The notes beneath the pieces were generated by a model that saw only the letters and a list, made by a program, of their open reading frames with translations, had not been told where the DNA came from and did no database searches. Positions 1 to 10,731 of a stretch of 64,000 nucleotides of DNA are shown here, in pieces. Origin of the DNA: Thermoanaerobaculia bacterium (GTDB taxonomy: Bacteria; Acidobacteriota; Thermoanaerobaculia; Multivoradales; Multivoraceae); NCBI GenBank assembly GCA_963664405.1, contig OY761158.1, positions 4,480,001-4,544,000 of the forward strand. The letters are read 5' to 3'. The translations under genes and the position numbers were made by a program. How positions within the stretch are numbered: the stretch's first letter is position 1; each line of letters begins with the position of its first letter.

Positions 1-119
1 GCGCCCGAAGTGCGACGTGGCAGCTAGTCGCCTGCGTCCTCTGTTTTCTGCACGGATGAGAGTGATCAGGGTAGTTGAAGGGAAAGGAGCAACATGGGCG
101 CGGGGCGCGCAGTGTGGCA

Positions 120-906
120 AGCGGACGACCGACCGTCTCGTGAATCTGATCGACCAGCGCCTCGAGGAACTCCAGCGACGCCTTTCCATCGTGGACGTTA
201 CCCGGACGGTTCTCGACCCGCAGGATCTGGCCCGACTGCGCCTCGTAGGCGGTGATCGGGTAGTAGCTCGGGACCTTCCGGTGGTGAGGATTGAAGCCAC
301 GCTTCGCTCCTTCGACCGTCTGTCCAGTAGAGACCACCGAGCCATCGACATCGATCGTCAAGCGCGCCCGTCCCGCCGCATTCAGAGCCTCGCCGACCAC
401 CTCCGAGTTGAGCCGTACCAAACGCGCCACGTGACTCGAGGACAGCTGCGCCAGCCACCCGCTTACGGTCCTTGTCGACGGGAGCCGGCGCAACCCGGCG
501 AACCTGGCCAAGATCGGATCGAACTGCGCACGTAGCGAAGGTGCCAGATCCGACGACCGCCGACCATCAGAAGGCCGAGCAACAGAAGCAGCATCGGTAC
601 GGTGCCGAAGTCCGTGTTCGGGAACGCATTCCCGACCAGGCGGCGAACCCGTTCGCGAAACCTCCGCCCCTGAACAAACTCCCGCACCAGCTCCAATCCG
701 GCATGCGAAGTGACTTGCTGCAGGCCGCATCGGTACTCCATTCGACCGTTGACCCGACGCCTGAGATCTGCTCTTCTTAATCGCATTGAAAGTGGCCTTT
801 CGTTGTGGTGACTTCTCTTGGGCTTTGACACCCGAAGTACACCACGGCGGAAGGCCTTTCTCTTCTCGGGACACCAGCTCACGGCGATCTTTCTCGCAAA
901 TCGGGG
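120..906 (-). mobile_element. IS1380-family element, partial (left end plus frameshifted 5' part of transposase)
   Basis: Motifs TSHAGL..., LTIDVDGSV, GFNPHH, YYPI, RPGNVHD. Near-identical to 20752-21472. A 2-bp insertion near 527 breaks the frame. 3' end truncated at about 120 (approximate). Confidence 0.75.
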
Positions 907-1005
907 CTAACCAAAAACCCGTTGCTGAAGTCCGAATCTAGCTGGCCGTGTTCCTGACCTTGAATCTGTCGAATTTGACTTTTTTCGCAGCAGCAACCGC
1001 AGTGT

Positions 1006-1023
1006 TATACTGAATTTAGTATA
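1006..1023. promoter_or_regulatory. Palindromic operator TATACT-N6-AGTATA upstream of the TA operon
   Basis: Inverted repeat in an AT-rich stretch about 30 bp upstream of the antitoxin start, as expected for TA autorepression. Confidence 0.5.
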
Positions 1024-1051
1024 TATTCGTAACAACCACGGAGTTTGAACG

Positions 1052-1330
1052 ATGCACCGAACGCAAGACACCTACCCACTCAGCCACCTTCGCCAGCACA
1101 TGAAAGACCATTTGGCCAGAGTGAAAGACGGCGCGGTCGAGACCATCACCCAGAACGGCGAAGCCGCCCTCGTGGTGATGAGCCCGGAGACCTACGATTA
1201 CATGGTCCACGTGCTGCAACGCGGCCACATCTGGGACCAAGCCATCGACCGGATTAACAACGGCGAACGAGGAAAGGATGCTCGGCAAGCCATACGTGAG
1301 CTGGCCGACAAGCTCGGCCTCGAACTGTGA
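1052..1330 (+). CDS. Phd/YefM-family antitoxin
   Basis: LSHLRQHMKDHLARV...TITQNGEAALVVMS signature; overlaps the downstream toxin. Confidence 0.85.
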   Translation: MHRTQDTYPLSHLRQHMKDHLARVKDGAVETITQNGEAALVVMSPETYDYMVHVLQRGHIWDQAIDRINNGERGKDARQAIRELADKLGLEL

Positions 1331-1650
1331 GCCCGACCTATCAGGTCGTGTATCTCCCTGAAGCCGAAGCTGCGCTTGAGAAAACGGTCACGTATATCAC
1401 GGAACACGACGGCCGACAGCGCGCCGCCAACTGGCTGCGCTGCATGATCGAGAGCATCGACAAGCTGGAGACCATGCCGGCGCTCTTTGCCGTGCGAGGG
1501 GTGCGTGGCGGGCGTAAGATTCGCGCCAAACCCGTCATGAGCCATCTCGCGTACTATGTCATCGATGAACCACGCCGTATCGTGTTCATCATCGACGTCG
1601 CCGCTGGCGCGCAGGGACCCAAACGCGACAAATATGAGGGCAACGCATAA
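1327..1650 (+). CDS. RelE/ParE-family toxin
   Basis: YQVVYLPEAEAALE...YI...IDKLETMP...YYVIDE pattern; GTGA coupling to the antitoxin. Confidence 0.8.
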   Translation: MSPTYQVVYLPEAEAALEKTVTYITEHDGRQRAANWLRCMIESIDKLETMPALFAVRGVRGGRKIRAKPVMSHLAYYVIDEPRRIVFIIDVAAGAQGPKRDKYEGNA

Positions 1651-1712
1651 CGTCGCATCCGAGCCGGAGGAGCCGAGCGAAAAACCTAGTAGCAGCGCCT
1701 TATAGGAGGCCC

Positions 1713-3707
1713 GTGGACCACCCTCAACTCAACTGGATCGCCAACTTCATCTGGGGCATCGCGGACGACGTGCTGCGCGACCTCTACGTCCGCGGCAAGT
1801 ACCGGGACGTCATCCTGCCGATGACGGTGCTGCGCCGGCTGGACGCGGTGCTGGTGGATAGCAAGCCGAACGTGCTCGAGATGAAGGCGGTGCTCGACCA
1901 GACCGGCGTCGTCGAGCAGGACGCGGCCCTCCGGCAGGCGGCGGGACAGGCCTTCTACAACACCTCGAAGTTCACCCTGCGCGACCTCCGGGCCCGCGCG
2001 AGCCGGCAGCAGCTCAGGGCCGACTTCGAGGCCTACCTCGACGGCTTCTCGCCCAACGTACAGGACATTCTCGAGAACTTCGAGTTCCGCAACCAGATCC
2101 CGCGGCTCTCGAAGGCCGACGCCCTGGGTACGCTCATCGAGAAGCTCACCTCGCCGGACGTTAACCTCAGCCCCGCCCCGGTGAAGCACGCTGACGGCTC
2201 GGTCCGGTATCCCGGTCTCGACAACCACGGGATGGGCTCGATCTTCGAGGAGTTGGTCCGCCGCTTCAACGAGGAGAACAACGAGGAGGCGGGCGAGCAC
2301 TGGACGCCGCGCGACGCCGTGCGGCTGATGGCGACGCTCGTCTTCCTCCCCGTCGCCGACGAGCTCAAGTCTGGCACCTACCTGCTCTATGACGGCGCCT
2401 GCGGCACCGGCGGGATGCTCACCGTCGCCGAGGAGACGCTGGGCCAGCTTGCGGCCGAGCGCGGCAAGGACGTCTCCACGCACCTGTTCGGCCAGGAGAT
2501 CAACGCCGAGACCTACGCCATCTGCACGGCCGACCTGCTGCTCAAGGGCGAGGGCGAGGCGGCCGACAACATCGTCGGCGGCCCGGAGCACTCCACCCTC
2601 GCCAACGACGCCTTCCCGTCCCGCGAGTTCGACTTCATGCTCTCCAACCCGCCCTACGGCAAGAGCTGGAAGACCGACCTGGAGCGCATGGGCGGTAAGA
2701 AGGATATGCGCGACCCGCGCTTCGTCATCGAGCACGGCGGCGACGGCGAGTACTCCCTGGTCACCCGCTCCAGCGACGGTCAGATGCTCTTCCTCGCCAA
2801 CAAGCTCTCGAAGATGAAGCAGGACACGCCGCTCGGCAGCCGCATCGCCGAGGTGCACAACGGCAGCGCGCTCTTCACCGGCGCCGCCGGGCAGGGCGAG
2901 AGCAACATCCGCCGCTGGATCATCGAGAACGACTGGCTGGAGGCGATCGTCGCCCTCCCACTCAATATGTTCTACAACACCGGCATCGCCACCTACGTCT
3001 GGGTGCTCACCAACCGCAAGCCCGAGCACCGCAAGGGCAGGGTGCAGTTGATCGACGCCACAAAGTGGTTCCAGCCGCTCCGCAAGAACCTGGGCAAGAA
3101 GAACTGCGAACTGGGCGAGGACGACATCGCCCGCATCTGCGACACCTTCCTCGCCTTCGAGGAAACCGAAGAGAGCCGCATCTTCGACAACGCCGCGTTC
3201 GGCTACTGGAAGGTGACCGTCGACCGGCCGCTACGTATCGCAGGTGCCGACCCGAACCGCGTCTACAAGGCGGCGGAGATCAAGGCGCTGAAGGAGACCG
3301 GCAAACGCAGCGATGCGGCGCCGGTCCTCCGGAAGATCCACAAGCGCGGCACGGAGGCTGACCCGCTGCGTGGCCTATTCGCGGCCAACGTTAACGGCCG
3401 GCCGGCTGTCGTGAAGTACGAGCCGGATACCGACCTGCGCGACACCGAGCAGATCCCGCTGCAGGAAGACGGCGGCATCGAGGCGTTCCTGCGGCGCGAG
3501 GTCCTGCCGTACGCGGCCGACGCCTGGTACCAGGCGGACAGTGTGAAGGTCGGCTACGAGATCAGCTTCACGCGCTACTTCTACAAGCCGAAGCCGATGC
3601 GGACGCTGGCCGAGATTCGGGCGGATATTCTGGCGCTGGAGCAGGAGACGGAGGGGCTGCTGGCCGAGATCCTCGGCGGCGGCGAACAGCGGGAGACGAC
3701 GGCATGA
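1713..3707 (+). CDS. hsdM: Type I R-M methyltransferase subunit
   Basis: NFIWGIADDVLRD start, AGEHWTPRD, YDGACGTGGML (motif I), NPPY (motif IV), GYEISFTRYFY end. Confidence 0.95.
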   Translation: MDHPQLNWIANFIWGIADDVLRDLYVRGKYRDVILPMTVLRRLDAVLVDSKPNVLEMKAVLDQTGVVEQDAALRQAAGQAFYNTSKFTLRDLRARASRQQLRADFEAYLDGFSPNVQDILENFEFRNQIPRLSKADALGTLIEKLTSPDVNLSPAPVKHADGSVRYPGLDNHGMGSIFEELVRRFNEENNEEAGEHWTPRDAVRLMATLVFLPVADELKSGTYLLYDGACGTGGMLTVAEETLGQLAAERGKDVSTHLFGQEINAETYAICTADLLLKGEGEAADNIVGGPEHSTLANDAFPSREFDFMLSNPPYGKSWKTDLERMGGKKDMRDPRFVIEHGGDGEYSLVTRSSDGQMLFLANKLSKMKQDTPLGSRIAEVHNGSALFTGAAGQGESNIRRWIIENDWLEAIVALPLNMFYNTGIATYVWVLTNRKPEHRKGRVQLIDATKWFQPLRKNLGKKNCELGEDDIARICDTFLAFEETEESRIFDNAAFGYWKVTVDRPLRIAGADPNRVYKAAEIKALKETGKRSDAAPVLRKIHKRGTEADPLRGLFAANVNGRPAVVKYEPDTDLRDTEQIPLQEDGGIEAFLRREVLPYAADAWYQADSVKVGYEISFTRYFYKPKPMRTLAEIRADILALEQETEGLLAEILGGGEQRETTA

Positions 3708-3916
3708 CCGAGATCATCTTCGAAGTCACCGAAGACGAAGTGGACGGCGGGTATTCGGCCAGCGCGCTCGGGCACGGCATCCACACGCAGGGCGACTCGG
3801 TCGAGGAAATCCGCAGCAACGTCAAGGAGGCCGTCGACTGCTACTTCGACGACACCATGCCGCGACCGAAGTTGATCCGGTTGCACTTCGTGCGGGACGA
3901 GGTTCTTGTGGCATGA
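3704..3916 (+). CDS. HicB-like antitoxin (short form)
   Basis: EIIFEVTEDEVDGGYSASALGHGIHTQGDSVEEIRSNVKEAV, a HicB N-terminal fold pattern. Confidence 0.75.
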   Translation: MTEIIFEVTEDEVDGGYSASALGHGIHTQGDSVEEIRSNVKEAVDCYFDDTMPRPKLIRLHFVRDEVLVA

Positions 3917-4869
3917 CGCTGCCCCGCAGCGTGAACGGCGTGCGTCTGCGGAACGGGGTAGAGGACGCCCGAGTGACACAACATCTCGACTATTGGCTGC
4001 TGACGGCCAGGGAACTACAGCAGTACCTCAGTTGGACAGAGGAGGCGGCGGCGCGAGCGTACAAACAGATGATGGAGCCAGTCATACGACAGGCGGCCCA
4101 GGACTGGGCACGGATATCGGCAACCGCGCAAGAACACGTGGCGCAGATCGCACGATTTAGAGCCAAAAGAGAGAAGCAGAACGAAAGAACCAAGAAGCTC
4201 CTAACGGAACTGCCAGGCACTGGATGTCCACTGGACGATTGCACCGGCGAATTGATTGGGCAAGACAGGGAAGAAGACGAACGATACGCAGAAATGATAG
4301 GTGCACGTTTCGAGATCCGCTGCACCGTGTGCGACGCAGAGGTGTACCCACCACCAGCCATGTGGCTGCAGCAACACGGTGCAGAGTATTTTCGAGCCGG
4401 ACGAGAATTACTGCGTAGTACAAAACCACAATCGGTTGGCATGCCAACCATTTTCGTGTTGCACCAAGCAGCGGAGCTGTACCTCAAGTCCCTGGGAACA
4501 CTTAATGTGTACCGCGGGGACACCGACGACGAAACGCCAGCGGGGCCAGGACTCGAAAACAGGAAGCATGACCTCGACCGGTTGCTGAGTAAGGTGTATC
4601 CATCTATTAGGAGAAGACTAGAAGAACATTACGCAGAAGCCACAGCACCGAGGCAGACAGTCGAAGCGCTAATAGGCCAAATACCGCAACAGACAGCAGA
4701 AGTCTGTCGGTACGGGTATCTCTTTAAGGGGCAATATCCGGAAGTGTGCATCGCAACAAATGGGATGGTCATACGGACGGAAGATCAAACGGAAACGAAC
4801 GTTACTCAGGTGCTGATGGACCTATGCACGCTACTGGACAGGTTTGTCGGAGCAGAGAGCCCATGGTAG
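3913..4869 (+). CDS. Putative HEPN-domain protein with central Zn-ribbon
   Basis: IFVLHQAAELYLKSL...KHDLDRLL...CRYGY resembles a HEPN helical bundle; CPLDDC...CTVC; more A-rich codon usage than its neighbours. Confidence 0.55.
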   Translation: MTLPRSVNGVRLRNGVEDARVTQHLDYWLLTARELQQYLSWTEEAAARAYKQMMEPVIRQAAQDWARISATAQEHVAQIARFRAKREKQNERTKKLLTELPGTGCPLDDCTGELIGQDREEDERYAEMIGARFEIRCTVCDAEVYPPPAMWLQQHGAEYFRAGRELLRSTKPQSVGMPTIFVLHQAAELYLKSLGTLNVYRGDTDDETPAGPGLENRKHDLDRLLSKVYPSIRRRLEEHYAEATAPRQTVEALIGQIPQQTAEVCRYGYLFKGQYPEVCIATNGMVIRTEDQTETNVTQVLMDLCTLLDRFVGAESPW

Positions 4870-6332
4870 GAAGTATCGGAACCCCGTCTATCGATGCTGA
4901 GGGAATTCTGGTCGGGCCTGGTGCGGTTGCAAACGCTGGACTCAAGTCTTATCCGGAGTTGAAAGATTCCGGCGTGTCGTGGCTTGGGAAGGTGCCGACG
5001 TATTGGGAGGTGCGGAGACTCAAGAGCTGGCTGGACGTCAATGAATTCGTCCTGTCGGAAGACACTGACCCAGAGTACACATTCGAGTACCTGGACATCG
5101 GGTCAGTTGCGACTGGCCGATTGACCGCAAAGCCCGAACGGATTCGATTCGGAAACTCACCGTCTCGGGCAAGGCGTGTCGTCAGGCCAGGCGATACGAT
5201 CGTTTCGACGGTGAGGACCTATCTGAAAGCTGTCTGGCACGCGGAACACCCGGGTGATGATCTAGTCGCGTCAACCGGTTTCGCAGTGCTGACGCCGCCG
5301 CGCGGCGCGTTCCCGAGGTTCGTAAGCTATTTCTGCCAGAGTGATCCGTTCACAAACCGCGTTACGGCAGAGGCAGTGGGAATCGCATATCCAGCGATTG
5401 CCGAGACAAGGCTGGGAACGTTCGAGGTCTGCATTCCGCCCTACCCCGAACAAGCCGCCATCGTCCGTTTCCTCGACCACGCCGACCGGCGCATCCGGCG
5501 CTACCTCCGCGCCAAGCAGAAGCTGATCACGCTGCTGGAGGAGCAGAAGCAGGCCATTATCCACCGCGCCGTCACGCGCGGCCTCGACCCGAACGTCCGC
5601 CTCAAGCCCTCGGGGGTGGAGTGGCTGGGCGACGTGCCGGAGCATTGGGGAATGCGGCGGAATGGCAGGCTCTTTGTCCAGCGAAACGAAACGGGGTTCC
5701 CTGAACTCCCTATCCTCGAAGTTTCGCTAAACACCAGCGTTCGCATCCGTGACTTCGAAAACTCAGACCGTAAACAGATAATGGCAGTCCGCAGTGAGTA
5801 CAAACGAGCAGTCAAGGGTGATATCGCCTACAACATGATGCGAATGTGGCAAGGAGCAGTCGGGGTGGTTCCGGTCGATGGCTTAGTCAGCCCGGCGTAT
5901 GTCGTCGCCAGACCGCTGAAAGGGACCGAGTCTCGGTACTTCGGCAATCTTTTCCGTACCAATGCGTACATGGCTGAGGTTGACAAATACTCGCACGGCA
6001 TTGTCAGGGATCGTAACCGGCTGTACTGGGAGGACTTCAAACAGATGCCGACTCCTTGTCCTCCACCGGATGAGCAGGGCCGCATCGTCCGCTATCTCGA
6101 TAAGACAACCGCCGACGTCGACACCGCCATCGACCGCGCCTGTCGCCAGATCGATCTCCTCCAGGAGTACCGCACCCGTCTCATCGCCGACGTGGTGACC
6201 GGCAAGCTGGACGTGCGCGAGGCAGCGGCAAGCCTGCTGGAGGAAGCCGATGAATTGGAGCCGCTCGACGAGGCGGATGCCTTGATCGACGGCGAGGAAG
6301 AGCCCACCGACGCCCTCGCCACCGTCCCCTAG
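4863..6332 (+). CDS. hsdS: Type I R-M specificity subunit
   Basis: KDSGVSWLGKVP, PPYPEQAAIVRFLD, LKPSGVEWLGDVPEHW, LLQEYRTRLIADVVTGK; two TRDs; start codon uncertain. Confidence 0.93.
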   Translation: MVGSIGTPSIDAEGILVGPGAVANAGLKSYPELKDSGVSWLGKVPTYWEVRRLKSWLDVNEFVLSEDTDPEYTFEYLDIGSVATGRLTAKPERIRFGNSPSRARRVVRPGDTIVSTVRTYLKAVWHAEHPGDDLVASTGFAVLTPPRGAFPRFVSYFCQSDPFTNRVTAEAVGIAYPAIAETRLGTFEVCIPPYPEQAAIVRFLDHADRRIRRYLRAKQKLITLLEEQKQAIIHRAVTRGLDPNVRLKPSGVEWLGDVPEHWGMRRNGRLFVQRNETGFPELPILEVSLNTSVRIRDFENSDRKQIMAVRSEYKRAVKGDIAYNMMRMWQGAVGVVPVDGLVSPAYVVARPLKGTESRYFGNLFRTNAYMAEVDKYSHGIVRDRNRLYWEDFKQMPTPCPPPDEQGRIVRYLDKTTADVDTAIDRACRQIDLLQEYRTRLIADVVTGKLDVREAAASLLEEADELEPLDEADALIDGEEEPTDALATVP

Positions 6333-6343
6333 GAGGCTGCGGT

Positions 6344-9300
6344 GTGACGACCGACACCAGCGAACGCGGCCTCGAACGCCTGATTTGCACGGCGCTGACC
6401 GGCCATCCCTGCGATCCACCGCAAGAGCGCAGGGCAGCGGAGGCCCGCCCCGGCTACGGCGGCGCGGGCTGGAGCGGCGGCAATCCCCACGACTACGACC
6501 GCGAGTTCTGCGTCGATCGGGTCCAGCTCTCGGCATTCCTGAAGTCCACCCAGCCGGACGCCGCCGAATCGCTGGCGCTGGACGAGGACGGTCCGACGCG
6601 GCGCAAGTTCCTCGCCCGGCTGCAGGGCGAGATCACGAAGCGCGGCACCATCGACGTGCTGCGCCACGGCCTCAGGCACGGCGCGCACGACCTGGACATC
6701 TTCTACGGCACGCCGTCGGCCGGGAACGTGCAGGCGCAGCAGCGCTTCGAGCAGAACCACTTCACCGTCGTCCGGCAGCTCCGCTACAGCCGCGACGACA
6801 CCCACCGGGCGCTCGACATCGGGCTCTTCATCAACGGCCTGCCGGTCTTCACGTTCGAGCTGAAGAACAGCCTCACCAAGCAGACCGTTAACGATGCGGT
6901 GTGGCAGTACCAGGAGGACCGTAACCCCCGCGAGAAGCTGTTCGAGTTCGGCCGCTGCGTGGCCCACTTCGCGGTGGACGAGAGCGACGTGCGCTTCTGC
7001 ACCCACCTCAAGGGGAAGGCGTCCTGGTTCCTGCCGTTCAACCTGGGTTGGAACGACGGCGCTGGCAATCCGCCCAACCCGAGCGGCATCAAGACCGACT
7101 ACCTGTGGCGCGAGGTGCTGACCCGCGAGAGCCTGACCGACATCCTGGAGAACTACGCCCAGGTGGTGGAGGCGAAGGACGAGAAGACCGGCAAGAAAAA
7201 GCGGACGCAGATTTGGCCGCGCTACCAACAGCTCGACGTGGTGCGCCGGCTGCTGGCCGACGCCGCGACGCGCGGGGCGGGGCGGCGCTACCTGATCCAG
7301 CACTCGGCGGGCAGCGGGAAGAGCAACTCCATCGCCTGGCTGGCCCACCAACTGATCGGACTCGCGAAGGACGACGCTTCGACATTCGACTCGATCATCG
7401 TGGTCACCGACCGGCGCATCCTCGACCGGCAGATCCGCGACACCATCAAGCAGTACGCCCAGGTCGGCGCGACGGTGGGGCACGCGGAGCGCTCCGGAGA
7501 CCTGCGCCGGTTCATCGAGGCCGGCAAGAAGATCATCATCTCGACGGTTCAGAAGTTCCCCTTCATCCTCGCCGAGATCGGCAACGAGCAGCGCGGCCAG
7601 CGCTTTGCCATCCTCATCGACGAGGCCCACTCCAGCCAAGGTGGGCGCACCTCGGCGTCCATTTCGGCCGCGCTGGGGACAGCCGGTGAAGAGGCCGAGG
7701 AGGAGACCACCGAGGATCACATCAACCGCCTGATGGAGTCGCGCAAGCTGCTCCCGAACGCCAGCTACTTCGCGTTCACCGCCACCCCGAAGAACAAGAC
7801 GCTGGAGATCTTCGGCGAGCCGGACCCGCAGCCCGGCGGCGCGGTCAGGCACCACGCCTTCCACAGCTACACCATGAAGCAGGCAATCCAGGAGGGGTTC
7901 ATCCTGGACGTGCTGGCGCACTACACACCGGTGGCCAGCTACTACCGGCTTGCCAAGACGGTGGAGGACGACCCGGAGTTCGACGTCAAGAAGGTGCAGA
8001 AGAAGCTCCGTCGCTACGTCGAGGGCCACGACCACGCGATCCGCCTCAAGGCCGAGATCGTGGTCGACCACTTCCACGAGCAGGTCATCGCGAAGAACAA
8101 GATCGGCGGCGAGGCGCGGGCGATGGTGGTCACCAACGGCATCGAGCGCGCCCTCCAGTACTTCCACGCCATCCGCGACTACCTGCAGGAGCGCAAGAGC
8201 CAGTACCGGGCAATCGTGGCCTTCTCCGGCGAGCCCGAGTTCGGCGGCGAGAAGGTGACCGAGGCGTCGCTGAACGGCTTTCCGTCCGGCCAGATCACCG
8301 ACAAGGATCCAGCAGGATCCGTACCGCTTCCTGGTCTGCGCCGACAAGTTCCAGACCGGCTACGACGAGCCGCTGCTGCACACGATGTACGTGGACAAGA
8401 CGTTGTCCGGCATCAAGGCGGTGCAGACCCTCTCGCGCCTCAACCGGGCGCATCCGAAGAAGCACGATGTCTTCGTGCTCGACTTCCTTAACGACGCCGA
8501 CACCATCCGCGACGCCTTCACCGACTACTACCGCGCGACGATCCTGGCCGGCAAGACAGACCCCGACAAGCTCCACGACCTGCAGGCGGACCTGGATGCC
8601 GCCCAGGTCTACTCACCCGAGCAAATCGACGACTTCGTCGAGCGCTACCTCGACGGGGCCGAGCGCGACCAATTGGATCCGATCCTCGACGCCTGCGTGG
8701 CGGTCTATCGGAACAACTTGGACGAGGACGGGCAGGTGGACTTCAAGGGCAAGGCCAAGGCATTCGCGCGGACCTACGGCTTCCTGTCGTGCATCCTGCC
8801 GTACACCTACGCCCCGTGGGAGAAGCGCTCCATCTTCCTGAACTTCCTGATCTCGAAGCTGCCGGCGCCCGAGGAGGAGGACCTCTCCAAGGGCATCCTC
8901 GACGCCATCGACATGGACAGCTATCGGGTCGAGAAGCGCGCGGTGCAGCAGATCCTGCTGCCCGACGAGAATGCCGAGATCGCACCCGTGCCACCGAGCG
9001 GCGGCGGCCACGTGCCAGAGCCGGAGCTGGAGCGGCTCTCGAGCATCTTGAGAGAGTTCAATGACCTGTTCGGTGCCATCGCGTGGCAGGACACCGACCG
9101 TGTGAAGGAGATGATCACGGAGACCATTCCTTTTCGAGTCGCCCAGGACGCTGCGTTCAAGAACGCTCGCCTGAACTCAGATCAGGACAATGCTCGCATT
9201 GAGCACGGCAAGGCGCTCACCCGTGTCATGACAGCGCTAATCAAGGATGATGCCGAACTGTTCAAACAATTCATGGACAACGACAGCTTCAAGCGTTGGA

Positions 9301-9344
9301 TGACTGAGACCGTGTTCACCTTGGCCTGTAAGCAGGCCAGTTGA
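6344..9344 (+). pseudogene. hsdR: Type I R-M restriction subunit, split by a one-base insertion at about 8305
   Basis: FELKN, QHSAGSGKS, DEAHSSQ, FTATP. Removing one G at 8305-8306 gives DKIQQDPYRFLVCADKFQTGYDEPLLHTMYVDK and joins ORF 8385..9344. May be a sequencing error. Confidence 0.88.
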
Positions 9345-9476
9345 CGGCTGGCCGTGCGGGATGCCTCAGTGCTGGCCGTGACGCGCCGTTTGGCGGCCGA
9401 ATACCCCCGCTACAGGTATCGCAAAGAAGAAGTCCTGTCCTCGTGGGTTGTCGATGCGGTATACCTGACCCGTCCA

Positions 9477-9617
9477 CCGCTTACCAACTCAGCCAAACTA
9501 CCCCTATTCAGGCTGGTGATTCTCGATATTTAGCTGACCAATTAGTTGACCAGATGTTTGTAGTGAGAGCGTACTATCGTTCTTTATCAGTAAGTTACAG
9601 AGATTAACGGGACAGCC
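9477..9617 (+). repeat. 141-bp direct repeat copy A (att-arm-like)
   Basis: Matches 33900-34040 with 2 mismatches; contains tandem TAGYTGACCA boxes and an IHF-like TATCAGTAAGTTA. Confidence 0.92.
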
Positions 9618-9641
9618 GGTCAGGCTGTCGCTGCTCCCTCG

Positions 9642-10637
9642 TTACTCTAGGAGGCGTAGCGCACGGTGGCCTGGCACCTTGTCTCGGAGACGGTTACACC
9701 TCATCCGGACCTGGTCTCCAGTAAGAGTGCGCCCGGTTCGTTGCCCCACCTTTTTAGCAAGCCGAGCCCAATATTCTCCTCTGCCACCTCGGCGCAGCGG
9801 GAGTTTACCAAGAGCATTGATTTCCAGGAGGATCGCTTCGTCGAGCAAGTCCGGTACGCTGCCCGGTGCTGTCTTGATCTGCCGGTAGACCTCTTTGAGG
9901 TCGGCCTCTCGAATGAAAGCGCTTCGGATCGTCACTTTGACGTATGGGAGCACGCCGTCGATGGTAACGGGAGGGTAGATCAAGGGTGTTCCTGAGAGTG
10001 CGTACGCAACGAGATCATGCTCGTCTACTCCAGTCTTGCGCTTAGCCATTTCCGCGAACGCCTTCAATGCTGCTAGCTTAGAGCCAGGGGGGACCTTGAC
10101 CCCCTCTGGAGACCAGCTAAATATCTCCGTCCCTTTAGGCAAGGACGCAAGTTCGGCGTCACGGAGTCCTTTCGGCTTCATATAGAACAGAAAACTCGCG
10201 GTCAGAGTTAGGCCGAACAGTGCGACCTTGATCTCCTCCCGAAGTTCCTCAGAAATGACCCTAGGTTGGATCTTAGGCTGGCTCTCAATCCATTCGTAGG
10301 CGCCAACCTCATTAAAGGGCGGGTCCTCTGTCTTGAACAGCGTTCGCCTCAGATCCTGAGCGTCTTTGTCGATTAGTCGCTCAAGACGGGTTGCTCCAAG
10401 CCTTGCCCCGAGTCGGGAGGCCTCGCTCCACTGGGGGGCTACTTGGTTACCAAGGGTACGGGGGGCACGCGCTCCCATGAGGCCTGCAAGCTCGACGCAA
10501 CCGTTGGCCTTGGGTTTCGAGTCCCACCCCTGCTTTTGGTAGTGGGCGATCGCCACGGCGACCGCCCACGGGTGCTGCTCCCGCCCTTTGCACCGTACAT
10601 CACTCTCGAAATTGTAGTCGCGGTCTTGAACGTTCAT
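9642..10637 (-). CDS. Hypothetical protein divergent from alpA, putative repressor of the satellite-like element
   Basis: 331-aa ORF at the usual repressor position; basic helical C-terminus YWARLAKKV...LTGDQVRMRCNRLR. Confidence 0.5.
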   Translation of the reverse strand: MNVQDRDYNFESDVRCKGREQHPWAVAVAIAHYQKQGWDSKPKANGCVELAGLMGARAPRTLGNQVAPQWSEASRLGARLGATRLERLIDKDAQDLRRTLFKTEDPPFNEVGAYEWIESQPKIQPRVISEELREEIKVALFGLTLTASFLFYMKPKGLRDAELASLPKGTEIFSWSPEGVKVPPGSKLAALKAFAEMAKRKTGVDEHDLVAYALSGTPLIYPPVTIDGVLPYVKVTIRSAFIREADLKEVYRQIKTAPGSVPDLLDEAILLEINALGKLPLRRGGRGEYWARLAKKVGQRTGRTLTGDQVRMRCNRLRDKVPGHRALRLLE

Positions 10638-10669
10638 GATTATCTCCGTTCAATACGTTATCACTATTG

Positions 10670-10718
10670 CGACGACGAAAGCCGAGAATCCACCCGGGTT
10701 TCGACGTCGACGACGAAA
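10670..10718. promoter_or_regulatory. Repeated CGACGACGAAAG boxes and near-palindrome in the divergent intergenic region
   Basis: CGACGACGAAAG at 10670 and about 10708; TTTCGACGTCGACGACGAAA is an imperfect palindrome. Confidence 0.45.
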
Positions 10719-10731
10719 GGAGAGATCCAAA

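Noticed and set aside
6329-8347. Long antisense ORFs (672 aa here; similar ones opposite hsdM, the TonB receptor, rpoB, fusA and tuf)
   Set aside because: Shadow ORFs produced by high-GC codon bias of real genes on the other strand.
9611-9629. Hairpin after repeat copy A as a second tRNA fragment
   Set aside because: No T-arm or CCA follows, and the loop lacks the conserved U33 on the plus strand.
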